Shown in pieces: positions 9,738-18,740 of a stretch of DNA of 64,000 bases. The number at the start of each line of letters is the position of its first letter. The stretch's first letter is position 1. The stretch is from an uncultured Anaerolineaceae bacterium (GTDB taxonomy: Bacteria; Chloroflexota; Anaerolineae; Anaerolineales; UBA4823). Location: the NCBI GenBank assembly GCA_964642565.1, contig CAZXPK010000002.1, forward strand, positions 130 to 64,129. Reading direction: 5' to 3'. The notes under the pieces are model-generated. The model ran no database searches and was not told the DNA's origin. It saw only the letters and a list, made by a program, of their open reading frames with translations. The position numbers and the translations under genes are program-made.

Positions 9738-10324
9738 TGCCAACTGAAGATGCGAATCGATGGAATTTACGGTATCATGCAGAACCGCGAAATTCCTTTG
9801 AGCTACCCCGGACGTTACTTTTGGAGCACGTCAATCTACTCCCATCCGATGGCTTAGCGCTAGATATTGCCATGGGGCTTGGAGGAAACACTAGCTTCCT
9901 TCTCCAACATGGTTTGCGAGTCATAGGCGTAGACATCTCTTACGTGGCAGTCAGGAAAGCTAAAACAGAATTTCCCGCCTTGATGGCAATAGTTGCAGAT
10001 TTATGCAAGTTCCATATCCCCCCGAACACCTTTGATGTGATCATCAATTTTTTATATCTTCAACGGGATTTATGGAAGCCCATAACCAAGGGATTGAAGA
10101 AGGGCGGAGTTGTGTTTATTGAGTGTTTGATGGAGGAGATGCTTTCGATTCACCCGGAAATCAATCCCAAATACCTTCTCAAGCCAGGTGAGCTTCAGCA
10201 AGCTTTCTTACAAACGAATTTAGGCAAGGATTTGGAAATCCTTTATTACACAGAAGGGTGGCACCCGACGGTTACTCCACATCCTCGATCTACTGCAAGC
10301 TTAGTTGCGCGTAGAATTACTTAA
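9737..10324 (+). CDS. Class I SAM-dependent methyltransferase (TehB-like small MTase)
   Basis: 195 aa with motif I LALDIAMGLGGNTSFL and motif II-like DVIINFLYL. The start overlaps the creatininase stop (TAATG). Confidence 0.7.
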   Translation: MPTEDANRWNLRYHAEPRNSFELPRTLLLEHVNLLPSDGLALDIAMGLGGNTSFLLQHGLRVIGVDISYVAVRKAKTEFPALMAIVADLCKFHIPPNTFDVIINFLYLQRDLWKPITKGLKKGGVVFIECLMEEMLSIHPEINPKYLLKPGELQQAFLQTNLGKDLEILYYTEGWHPTVTPHPRSTASLVARRIT

Positions 10325-11554
10325 CAATTCCTCGTATACGACCAATAACTTGGAAGCAATTTTATCCCAAGCATAATCCTGTGCTACTTGAACAGCCTGT
10401 TTCCCCATTCGATCGCGAAGGCTTGGATCTTGGATTAAGGATGTCAATCGATTAGCTAGCTCGATTGGTTCATCCACGGGGACAGTGAAACCAGTAACCC
10501 CATCTTGCACTAAATAGGCTAAACCTCCGACGTGAGAGGCAACAACCGGGGTTCCACATGCCATAGCTTCCAAGGCTACCATGCCAAACGACTCGTATTG
10601 TGATGGAACTACCACAGCCTCAGCTGCGGAGTAATAATAAGGCAACGAGTCTTGATTTTTCTTGCCCAGAAAGGTCACCAGATCACGTAATCCATACTTT
10701 TCGCTTAAAACTTTAATCCGCGAGATTTCGATATCCTCGTACTCCGCGCTTTCTTCATCTTCTCCACCAATGATGGCTAAGCAAAATGGATTTTCTTTCA
10801 AAACCTCGTTTTGGCGCATGATACTGATAGCTTCAATAAGGACATCCAAACCTTTCAATGGTTCAATCCGACCCACAAACAGGAGCATTCTTCCACACAG
10901 AGGCACACCAATATATTCCTTAGCTTCATCAGATGGTATCGGATAAAATTTACAAAGATCCACACCGGGTGGGATGACTATAATCTTATCAACATCCGCC
11001 TGATATAACCATAATAATTGGGCATATTCTGCCGGCGTCGCAGCAATGATCTTGTCAACGGCTTTTATTACTTCCCGTTCGCCATCAATGCGATATTCCC
11101 CTTCAATCTCTTCTGCAGACTGTGCTACACGATTTTTCATCACACCCAATGTATGAAACATGTTTACGATTGGAATGCCCCAGTCTTTCTTGAGCTCAAT
11201 GGCTGCCATTCCCGACATCCAATAATGGCTATGGAGCAAATCATACGAAATCCCTTTGCTATCCGCGAAATCACGGATACCTTCAACAAATTGGGGTAGA
11301 TAGGCTATTAATTCTTTTTTGGGTAGGGGAAATTCTGACCCAGCGCGGATATGCACAATTCGATTGCCGTATCCCAAATCATGTAAAACGTGGGGAACAT
11401 GCTCATTTTGGGATCGAGTGAAAACATCTACATGGATACCCATTGCACCTAACTGACGGGTAATTTCTCGTACATACACATTCATTCCTCCGGTGTCTTT
11501 TCCCCCTAATGTCGCCAATGGACATGTATGGTAAGATAACATTGCTATACGCAT
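10301..11554 (-). CDS. GT4-family glycosyltransferase (MshA-like N-terminus)
   Basis: 417 aa with N-terminus MRIAMLSYHTCPLATLGGKDTGGMNVYV and the C-terminal GT-B motif ESFGMVALEAMACGTPVV. Confidence 0.85.
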   Translation of the reverse strand: MRIAMLSYHTCPLATLGGKDTGGMNVYVREITRQLGAMGIHVDVFTRSQNEHVPHVLHDLGYGNRIVHIRAGSEFPLPKKELIAYLPQFVEGIRDFADSKGISYDLLHSHYWMSGMAAIELKKDWGIPIVNMFHTLGVMKNRVAQSAEEIEGEYRIDGEREVIKAVDKIIAATPAEYAQLLWLYQADVDKIIVIPPGVDLCKFYPIPSDEAKEYIGVPLCGRMLLFVGRIEPLKGLDVLIEAISIMRQNEVLKENPFCLAIIGGEDEESAEYEDIEISRIKVLSEKYGLRDLVTFLGKKNQDSLPYYYSAAEAVVVPSQYESFGMVALEAMACGTPVVASHVGGLAYLVQDGVTGFTVPVDEPIELANRLTSLIQDPSLRDRMGKQAVQVAQDYAWDKIASKLLVVYEELLSNSTRN

Positions 11555-11601
11555 TAATTCTCTCCGCGATTGATAAATTAAACGAATATGTTATGGCTGT
11601 T

Positions 11602-11629
11602 TTGCTTCATCACCTAGCTGTGGTATAAT
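11602..11629 (+). promoter_or_regulatory. Putative promoter of tRNA-Thr (TTGCTT, 16-nt spacer, TGgTATAAT)
   Basis: The -35-like TTGCTT lies at 11602-11607 and the extended -10 TGGTATAAT at 11621-11629. The tRNA starts 24 nt downstream. Confidence 0.5.
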
Positions 11630-11652
11630 CCCGTCGCCAAAATTACCCAATT

Positions 11653-11725
11653 GCCACCGTAGCTCAGCCGGTAGAGCAAGCGTTTCGTAAACGTTAGGTC
11701 AAGGGTTCGATTCCCTTCGGTGGCT
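11653..11725 (+). tRNA. tRNA-Thr (anticodon CGT)
   Basis: Manual cloverleaf of 73 nt: acceptor GCCACCG/CGGTGGC, D arm GCTC-AGCCGGTA-GAGC, anticodon arm AGCGT-TTCGTAA-ACGTT, T arm AAGGG-TTCGATT-CCCTT. The 3' CCA is not encoded. Confidence 0.93.
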
Positions 11726-11813
11726 CACCAACATTCAACCTTCTTGCGTTGAATGTGGCATAAATAATCACTCTCGTAATTCAGAATATACTCCATCCAT
11801 AGTCGTAATCCAG

Positions 11814-11819
11814 TATAAT
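11814..11819 (+). promoter_or_regulatory. Putative -10 box (TATAAT) positioned for a leaderless udk transcript
   Basis: A perfect TATAAT ends 6 nt upstream of the ATG at 11826, with no SD. Confidence 0.35.
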
Positions 11820-11825
11820 TCCAAC

Positions 11826-12467
11826 ATGCCAAATCGTACACCCCCTCTAGTAATTGGCATTGCCGGTGGAACTGGTTCAGGGAAATCCACGGTCGCTAAA
11901 GTAATCATAGATCGGGTGGGTGCTAATCACATTACTCTATTGCCCCATGATGCATATTATAAGGATTTAGCGAACTTAGAACCTGCCCAACGGGCGATCA
12001 TTAATTTTGACCATCCCGATTCACTTGAAACAAGCTTGTTGGTCGAGCATATAAAGAAGCTGAAGAATTATCAATTCATTGAGCTCCCGGTCTATGATTT
12101 CAAAACCCATACCCGTACAAGCACTACGATCCATATCGAGCCACAACCGGTGATACTGGTTGAGGGGATCTTAATCCTGGCTGAAAAGGGACTGCGTGAG
12201 CTGTTCGATGTGAAAATATACGTCGACACTGACCCGGATATTCGTTTTATTCGCCGCCTTGAGCGGGATATTGCTGAGCGTGGGCGTACGAGTAATTCTG
12301 TTATCCACCAGTATATGGAGACGGTTCGTCCAATGCATCTTGAATTCGTTGAGCCATCTAAACGCTATGCGGATGTAATTATCCCGGAAGGTGGATTAAA
12401 TACCGTCGCCATGGATATGGTAGTTGCCCGGATTGAATCTTTATTACGCAGTCACCATCATAAATAA
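11826..12467 (+). CDS. udk: Uridine kinase
   Basis: 213 aa with P-loop GIAGGTGSGKSTVA, plus HPDSLE and VEGIL motifs typical of Udk. Confidence 0.92.
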   Translation: MPNRTPPLVIGIAGGTGSGKSTVAKVIIDRVGANHITLLPHDAYYKDLANLEPAQRAIINFDHPDSLETSLLVEHIKKLKNYQFIELPVYDFKTHTRTSTTIHIEPQPVILVEGILILAEKGLRELFDVKIYVDTDPDIRFIRRLERDIAERGRTSNSVIHQYMETVRPMHLEFVEPSKRYADVIIPEGGLNTVAMDMVVARIESLLRSHHHK

Positions 12468-12480
12468 GAAAGGATAAATT

Positions 12481-12993
12481 ATGGCATATCAGCAATGGTC
12501 AAAACCTCCCAAAATGGAGATTGACCCCAAGAAAGCGTATTCAGCAATTATTACTACGGATAAGGGTGAAATAACCTTAATTTTATTTGCCGATAAAACT
12601 CCGATCACCGTTAATAATTTCGTATTCTTATCACGCCTAGGATTCTATGATGGCACAATTTTCCATCGGGTGATTGTAGACTTTATGGCACAGGGAAGTG
12701 ATCCAACTGGTACGGGAATGGGTGGACCTGGCTATCGCTTTGCTGACGAATTCAATCCCAGCTTGCGACATGATAAACCAGGAATTTTCTCGATGGCAAA
12801 CTCAGGACCCGGTACCAATGGTTCTCAATTTTTCATCACACATATCAAAACGCCCTGGCTGGACAACAAACACAGTATGTTTGGTCAGGTGACTAAAGGA
12901 ATGCAGGTTTTGCTTTCCATTCCACCTCGCGATCCAGCCAAATGTGATTCTCCAGCAGTAAAGCTTCTATCTGTTACGATCCTTGAGCAGTAA
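12481..12993 (+). CDS. Peptidyl-prolyl cis-trans isomerase, cyclophilin type
   Basis: 170 aa with FHRVIVDFMAQGSDPTG, SMANSGPGTNGSQFFI and HSMFGQV motifs. Confidence 0.92.
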   Translation: MAYQQWSKPPKMEIDPKKAYSAIITTDKGEITLILFADKTPITVNNFVFLSRLGFYDGTIFHRVIVDFMAQGSDPTGTGMGGPGYRFADEFNPSLRHDKPGIFSMANSGPGTNGSQFFITHIKTPWLDNKHSMFGQVTKGMQVLLSIPPRDPAKCDSPAVKLLSVTILEQ

Positions 12994-13540
12994 ATCTATC
13001 TTGAAATCAAATTGGTTTCTACTAGTAGTGCGAATATTATCTTTGATATTCGTGGTGGCGATTACCATTTACATTTTTAGCATTCGTGATAAGGCTCAGG
13101 AACTGGAGATATATGGCTATCCGGGGATTTTCTTGCTTTCATTTTTAGCCTACGCCACTGTATTTTTACCAGCCCCAGGAGTAGCGGTAGTCTTTACTAT
13201 GGGAGCGGTGTTTAATCCATTGTCGGTTGCTTTAGTGGCTGGGGCTGGTGCTGCATTGGGAGAGCTTACCGGCTATCTCGCAGGTTTCAGTAGCCAGCCA
13301 GTGGTCGAGCGGGTAAAACTCTATGCACGAATGGTCGAATGGTTGAAAAAATATGGCCCTTTAGCGATATTAGCCTTGTCGATAATACCCAACCCATTTT
13401 TTGATGTGACAGGTGCGGCTGCGGGTGCGCTAAAGATGCCGGTTAAGAAATTTCTGTTCTGGACCTGGATCGGTGAAACGATCAAGATGCTTATGTTTGC
13501 GTATGCAGGAGCATCATCCCTTAAATCTATATTTGGTTGA
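12983..13540 (+). CDS. YqaA/DedA-related (VTT domain) small membrane protein
   Basis: 185 aa with four to five TM segments and the motifs PAPGVAVVFTMG and IPNPFFDVTGAAAG. A TTG start overlaps the end of the cyclophilin gene, so the start is uncertain. Confidence 0.6.
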   Translation: MSSKSILKSNWFLLVVRILSLIFVVAITIYIFSIRDKAQELEIYGYPGIFLLSFLAYATVFLPAPGVAVVFTMGAVFNPLSVALVAGAGAALGELTGYLAGFSSQPVVERVKLYARMVEWLKKYGPLAILALSIIPNPFFDVTGAAAGALKMPVKKFLFWTWIGETIKMLMFAYAGASSLKSIFG

Positions 13541-13555
13541 TCTGAGGAGCTTTTT

Positions 13556-14914
13556 ATGGATAACATGATACTTTATGATGCATATTTACAGGATAATCTG
13601 GACAAGAGTATTGCCGAACTCTCCCGTTTTTGTAAACAGCCCAGCGTGGCTGCACAGAATTGGGGCTTAACCGAATGTGCCACAATGGCTGCGGAAATGC
13701 TTAAATCAAGGGGGTTTACCATCGAAATATTGTCCACAGGCGGGGCTCCGGTTGTGTATGGGGAAAGGCAGGGTCGCTCGAATAAAACCTTACTTTTTTA
13801 TAACCATTATGATGTTCAACCTCCCGAACCCCTGGAATTATGGGATAGTCCACCATTTGAGCCAACATTGAGGGATGGTAAATTGTATGCCAGAGGTGTG
13901 AGTGACGACAAAGGGCATCTGGTCAGCCGTCTTTTTGCCATCGACTCCTTATTGGAAAATGATGATGAGCTACCTTGCAATATAAAGTTTGTGATTGAAG
14001 GTGAAGAGGAGATCAGCAGCGTTCATCTGAAAGATTTTGTAACAAACCATGTGGATAAACTCAAAGCAGATGCATGTATTTGGGAGTTTGGTGGCGTGGA
14101 TCATCGCGAAGTGCCCATCCAATACCTGGGTTTGCGAGGGATTTGCTATGTCGAGTTATCGGTCGAAACCGCAAAGATCGATGTCCATTCCGGATTAGGT
14201 GGTTCGATCTTCCCTAACCCTGCGTGGAGATTAGTTTGGGCTCTAGCCTCATTGAAGGGGGAGGATGAGCGAATCAGGCTACCCGGACATTACGATAAGG
14301 TCAAACCTCCCAGTGAACGCGATCGAAAACTTATGGAAGCCCTTCCAGAGACAGCTGAAGAGTACAAAACGCGTTATGGTGTCGATCATTTCTTGAGAAA
14401 CTTGACAGGTGGCGTGGAGCTGCGAATCGCGGAAGTCTTTGAACCCACGTGTACAATATGTGGTCTTACATCCGGTTATCAAGGCGAGGGTTCGAAAACC
14501 GTGCTGCCAGCGCGTGCATCTGCGAAGGTGGATTTTCGCCTTGTTCCAGATCAAACCCCCGAGCAGGTCTTGAAAGCATTACGGACCCACCTGGATAATG
14601 AAGGCTTTCAAGACGTCCATATACAATTTCTGGGTGGAGAAAAACCTGCCCGGACCGATCCGGATGATCCATTCGTGGCACTGGTGGTAGAAACAGCCCG
14701 ACCGGTATACGGGCAACCCATGCAGATTGTGCCCATGAGTGGCGGCTCGGGACCCAACCACGCTTTTGTACATGATCTTCACCTCCCGGTTGTTTCAGCA
14801 GGCATTGGCTATCCGGGGTCTCAAGGCCATGCTCCAAACGAAAACATACGCCTGGACCTCTATCTTAAAGGTGCCAGGCATATCGCGAGAATATTAAAAG
14901 AATTCGGTAAATAA
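13556..14914 (+). CDS. M20-family dipeptidase (ArgE/DapE/CPG2 superfamily)
   Basis: 452 aa with NHYDVQPPEP, GVSDDKG and IEGEEEI metal and catalytic motifs. A GAGGAG SD is present. Confidence 0.88.
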   Translation: MDNMILYDAYLQDNLDKSIAELSRFCKQPSVAAQNWGLTECATMAAEMLKSRGFTIEILSTGGAPVVYGERQGRSNKTLLFYNHYDVQPPEPLELWDSPPFEPTLRDGKLYARGVSDDKGHLVSRLFAIDSLLENDDELPCNIKFVIEGEEEISSVHLKDFVTNHVDKLKADACIWEFGGVDHREVPIQYLGLRGICYVELSVETAKIDVHSGLGGSIFPNPAWRLVWALASLKGEDERIRLPGHYDKVKPPSERDRKLMEALPETAEEYKTRYGVDHFLRNLTGGVELRIAEVFEPTCTICGLTSGYQGEGSKTVLPARASAKVDFRLVPDQTPEQVLKALRTHLDNEGFQDVHIQFLGGEKPARTDPDDPFVALVVETARPVYGQPMQIVPMSGGSGPNHAFVHDLHLPVVSAGIGYPGSQGHAPNENIRLDLYLKGARHIARILKEFGK

Positions 14915-14940
14915 GCTAATCAGTAGAACTTGAATTGGGT

Positions 14941-14978
14941 AATAAGGCTTATGGGTATGAATACCCATAAGCCTTATT
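14941..14978. terminator. Bidirectional stem-loop terminator between convergent genes
   Basis: AATAAGGCTTATGGGTAT / ATACCCATAAGCCTTATT is a near-perfect 18-nt inverted repeat followed by TCTTTTTATT. Its 3' arm overlaps the stop codon of the minus-strand gene. Confidence 0.75.
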
Positions 14979-16473
14979 TCTTTTTATTATGCTTTAGTAT
15001 GGTTAGGAGCTCGTGACCAGAAGAATTCACTTTCTTCCAGGCAGATTCAACATCTTCGACTTCTTGTTGGGTTTCAGGCAGCTGCCCGTACCTAACACTA
15101 TTATAGGCTTCAGTTATTACCCTAACTTCAGGGTGCAATTCCGGAAACAACCCGTTTAATTCAAGTATGAATTCCAACGGGGTTTCAGCATCTGCGCGAG
15201 GATGTCCCAAGAATATGCATAATTCCATTAATTCTGCATATACCTGTCTGATTCGGGCAGCTGCTCTGATTCGCTGCCTGCGTTTGAAATCCGTCATCTG
15301 ACCAAGAGAGTTTATAGCTCCAGCCCAACCCTGGCGAAGAATCGCGAGCAGCGTTTGAAAAATATTCCCAGCATATAAATCTGTTTTTTGATCCTCACCC
15401 AATCGACGACGTTCTCTATCCCTCCATAGCTTAATTGCCATCCATGCAACCACCCCCAGAATGATTAATGCGATGATAGCGATCGAAATAATTGTCTTGA
15501 TAGCTGGACCAAACCGTGCGATAAAAATACCAATACCACTATTCCCAAATATGTCTGCTATTTTTTGTCCAAACCCTCGTATGATATTATTCAAATTCTT
15601 CAGGCTATCCTCAAGACCTGCAAAACCTTGAGAATTACGAAATATATTACTCAAGATTGTGATCAGGAACGAGATGATTGGATCAATCAGGATCCATACA
15701 AAAACCAGAACCGACCCAAATACCCCTAAAAATAGCCCTCCTATCCAGCCGAATTGGTCACCCATCACACTACCTAATAAAGATGATAGGCCAACAACGA
15801 ATAAAGCCGCCAGGATTATCCCGAAAAGCCAGAAACGATTAAATTTGTTTTCCGTGCCTCCACGTAACATACCAACTACGGTCATCCGTGCAGCACACAT
15901 AGCCACCAATGAAGAAAATAAAAACAAGTAAAAGAAATCGCCCGGTGTTTCACCCGTCACAAGGGTATTAACAAATATAAAAGCTACATACATTACTATC
16001 CCAATCCAGAAATGATCCATCACCGACGATGGACCAAGATGTTCCTGTGCTATCGATAAACCTCGCCAAAAACCGATAAACACAGTGATGATAACAATAA
16101 ATTCCACCGGGATTATTATTTTCAAATCCGCGAAACTACGCAGGGGACGATTAAAGAGCTCGGATAGCGACATAGGCTCATGCACATACAACAATGTCTT
16201 AATCCCGACTAGAATACCTATTAGCATGAATATTATCATCGCACCTTGCCGGATGGATTTCTTAAGATGTAAAAAATCCATTACCCGTACCAGCAAGTGA
16301 GCGAACAAGACTATACCAACAAGGATGATAAAAACACGAAGCGAGCTGACAGCATAAGTCTCTGGGGTCATTGCCCTGAACCAAGGGGTCACCCAGCTAA
16401 CCTCCATCAATACAATCATCAGGATCGCTATCTCACGCCAGGGATTCAATCGGATTGATGAGAATGGGTTCAT
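14974..16473 (-). CDS. Polytopic membrane protein with C-terminal DUF4129-like domain (third gene of the MoxR operon)
   Basis: 499 aa with about 10 predicted TM helices. The cytoplasmic tail ETPLEFILELNGLFPELHPEVRVITEAYNSVRYGQ resembles DUF4129. No Cys-His-Asp transglutaminase core is evident. It overlaps the DUF58 gene by 4 nt. Confidence 0.6.
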   Translation of the reverse strand: MNPFSSIRLNPWREIAILMIVLMEVSWVTPWFRAMTPETYAVSSLRVFIILVGIVLFAHLLVRVMDFLHLKKSIRQGAMIIFMLIGILVGIKTLLYVHEPMSLSELFNRPLRSFADLKIIIPVEFIVIITVFIGFWRGLSIAQEHLGPSSVMDHFWIGIVMYVAFIFVNTLVTGETPGDFFYLFLFSSLVAMCAARMTVVGMLRGGTENKFNRFWLFGIILAALFVVGLSSLLGSVMGDQFGWIGGLFLGVFGSVLVFVWILIDPIISFLITILSNIFRNSQGFAGLEDSLKNLNNIIRGFGQKIADIFGNSGIGIFIARFGPAIKTIISIAIIALIILGVVAWMAIKLWRDRERRRLGEDQKTDLYAGNIFQTLLAILRQGWAGAINSLGQMTDFKRRQRIRAAARIRQVYAELMELCIFLGHPRADAETPLEFILELNGLFPELHPEVRVITEAYNSVRYGQLPETQQEVEDVESAWKKVNSSGHELLTILKHNKKK

Positions 16474-17666
16474 CCAGATTCTATTTCCTTGAAAGGTTGG
16501 TGGATGGTTTGAATGCCAGGAATCATCGTGGGAGGTTCCTGAGCCAAAGAAAATAACGTGATACGACGTTCATGCTGTTTAAGTTGGATCAGGGTCGTAG
16601 CAAGCTCTGGAGATGTGACTGCGGTCAGGATAATCAGAGTCGCCCCGTAAGGAACCCGTGGAATTTCTCTTAGCAAGAAGCGCTCAAAATTACCAGTTAC
16701 TACAGAAGTCACACCCGCCAAAGCTTGTAGCAAAACAGCCAACTGTTGAGGAGAACGCCCGGGAGGTATTCTAAAAGGCTGGTCTGCATGAGCTAGGCAG
16801 CCATTGGCGACCAATCCGACTTTATATCCTTCACGGATGCCTTCATCAATCAATGTAGCAGCTACCTTTATCAGATATTCAAGCAATTCTGGGTATACAC
16901 CCTCCCAATGGCGGGTAAAGGTGGATACATTCAAGCAAACCATCATCACCTGACCCGTGGTAGGTTGGTACACTTTTACCTGTAATTGTCCAGTACGTGC
17001 AGTCGCTGGCCAATGCACCCTACGAAAACTATCTTCTGGTCTGTATTCACGCACTCCCATGGGATGATTGGGGTCCTCGAACAATCGCCGACGAGATCGC
17101 CTATCACCAAATAGGTCTTCAGCAGGGAATTCAAAATTTGAAAATGGCAGCAAAGTTGGGAATACTGTAAGGTATTGGTTGGGTCCAACCTCTTTGTTCT
17201 TTTCAAAGATTCCGAACAAGTCACCCGTGTCCAGTCGTGCAGGACCGATAGAATAGATACCACGTTCCCTAAGAAGCAAAGTATATGGACGTCGTGCTTT
17301 TTCATACCAACGTAAACTGAATATATTCGTCAAGAAACCGCGATCCTTGATATGACTTGGAGCAAGCACCTCCTCGTCCACCGGTCCAATAGCTCGATCC
17401 CAATCATCCTGGACACGCAACCACGAGATCGGTAGTAACTTCCGATTTTCAACCTCTACCTGGAGGTCTATCTGTTCATCAGGAAAACCACGTATAAAAT
17501 GGAACAACCTCCTATATGAAACACCCACTAAAGATCGCCTTTGCCACCACCATGCTACCCCAATAATTACGAATAGCGCTGAGGCTAATGTGATCAGGAA
17601 TGGTTCCTTAATCACAATCCCCATTATCAATAATGCTATCAGGATAGACAACCCACGCTTACTCAT
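16470..17666 (-). CDS. DUF58 domain protein (vWA-like, MoxR partner)
   Basis: 398 aa with two N-terminal TM helices. It carries the conserved DUF58 segment FEDPNHPMGVREYRPEDSFRRVHWPATARTGQLQVKVY. It lies immediately downstream of MoxR. Confidence 0.8.
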   Translation of the reverse strand: MSKRGLSILIALLIMGIVIKEPFLITLASALFVIIGVAWWWQRRSLVGVSYRRLFHFIRGFPDEQIDLQVEVENRKLLPISWLRVQDDWDRAIGPVDEEVLAPSHIKDRGFLTNIFSLRWYEKARRPYTLLLRERGIYSIGPARLDTGDLFGIFEKNKEVGPNQYLTVFPTLLPFSNFEFPAEDLFGDRRSRRRLFEDPNHPMGVREYRPEDSFRRVHWPATARTGQLQVKVYQPTTGQVMMVCLNVSTFTRHWEGVYPELLEYLIKVAATLIDEGIREGYKVGLVANGCLAHADQPFRIPPGRSPQQLAVLLQALAGVTSVVTGNFERFLLREIPRVPYGATLIILTAVTSPELATTLIQLKQHERRITLFSLAQEPPTMIPGIQTIHQPFKEIESG

Positions 17667-17672
17667 TTAGAT

Positions 17673-18614
17673 TTATTTTTCCACCGGAACTGATACAGAA
17701 TCCACGATATCTGTGACCAACTGGCTTGGCTGCCTACCCCGCAGCTGGGCTTGAGGTGAGACCATCAATCGATGAGTGAGTACATGGGGTGCCATAAGCT
17801 TGACATCGTCGGGTAACACAAAATCACGCCCCTGGATGGCTGCCCATGCCTGAGCTGAGTGATAAAGTGCCATGGTTGCGCGAGGGCTGGCACCGAGTTG
17901 AATCTCATTGTGTTCGCGGGTCGCCCTGGCAACCCGGACAATGTAATCACGGAGAGTCTCCTCCACTCGGACTTTACTCCGTTCATCCTGCATTTGAATA
18001 ATTTCAGGGGGCGTGGTCACAGGCTGCAACTCAGGGATTTGGGAGCTTGAACGATATCGATCAAGGATGGTATTCTCCTCACTCTCAGAGGGATAGCCTA
18101 TCACAATCCGTAATAAAAATCGATCGATTTGTGCTTCAGGCAACGGAAATGTCCCTTCAAGCTCGATCGGGTTTTGGGTTGCCATCACTAAAAATGGCCT
18201 TGGCAGTGGATGGGTGACCCCATCGATCGTCACTTGTTGCTCTTGCATAGCTTCCAACAGCGACGATTGGGTCCGTGGGGTTGCACGGTTTATCTCATCT
18301 GCCAGAACGATCTGGGTGATTACTGGACCGGGCCTGAACTCAAATTCCTGTGATTTCTGGTTAAACCAATTAATCCCCGTCACATCAGATGGTAACAGAT
18401 CAGGTGTAAACTGGATACGTTTGAACGTACAGCCTAACGAAGCAGCTAACGCTCGTGCCAGGGTGGTCTTGCCGATGCCTGGTACATCTTCCAACAAAAT
18501 GTGACCTTCACATAACACCCCCACCAATGCCAGATTGATTACCTCATCCTTTCCTACAATCACCCTTTGCACATTCTCCTTGATTTTTCGACTGAGACTC
18601 TCGATCATGCTCAC
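17673..18614 (-). CDS. MoxR-family AAA+ ATPase
   Basis: 313 aa with Walker A EDVPGIGKTT and Walker B VLADEINRATP, plus the MoxR-typical FLVMATQNPIELEGTFPLPEAQIDRF. Confidence 0.92.
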   Translation of the reverse strand: MSMIESLSRKIKENVQRVIVGKDEVINLALVGVLCEGHILLEDVPGIGKTTLARALAASLGCTFKRIQFTPDLLPSDVTGINWFNQKSQEFEFRPGPVITQIVLADEINRATPRTQSSLLEAMQEQQVTIDGVTHPLPRPFLVMATQNPIELEGTFPLPEAQIDRFLLRIVIGYPSESEENTILDRYRSSSQIPELQPVTTPPEIIQMQDERSKVRVEETLRDYIVRVARATREHNEIQLGASPRATMALYHSAQAWAAIQGRDFVLPDDVKLMAPHVLTHRLMVSPQAQLRGRQPSQLVTDIVDSVSVPVEK

Positions 18615-18724
18615 CTCCTGTGCAAGATATTATATTGCATCGGGCACCATAATTTCTGTGATCCCTTGGATAAATAACCACATTAATTACCCCTAAGCAG
18701 AGATGATGTTCAATAAATCCTTCC

Positions 18725-18733
18725 TGGTATAAT
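18725..18733 (+). promoter_or_regulatory. Extended -10 promoter element (TGgTATAAT) positioned for a leaderless dinG transcript
   Basis: TGGTATAAT ends 7 nt upstream of the ATG at 18741. The intervening CTTTCAC has no SD. Confidence 0.45.
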
Positions 18734-18740
18734 CTTTCAC

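Noticed and set aside
10301-10324. 24-nt overlap of the convergent 3' ends of the methyltransferase and GT4 genes
   Set aside because: Short convergent overlaps are common in compact genomes. No structure or motif suggests a regulatory role.
10301-11554. The MshA-like GT4 enzyme (with the nearby amidase) taken as a mycothiol pathway
   Set aside because: Only the generic N-terminal GT4 motif resembles MshA. The neighbouring amidase is creatininase-family, not the LmbE-type MshB. No mshC/mshD-like genes are present.
11731-11756. Hairpin ACATTCAA/TTGAATGT just downstream of tRNA-Thr, considered as a terminator
   Set aside because: It has an 8-bp AT-rich stem with a 10-nt loop and no following T-tract, which is too weak to call.
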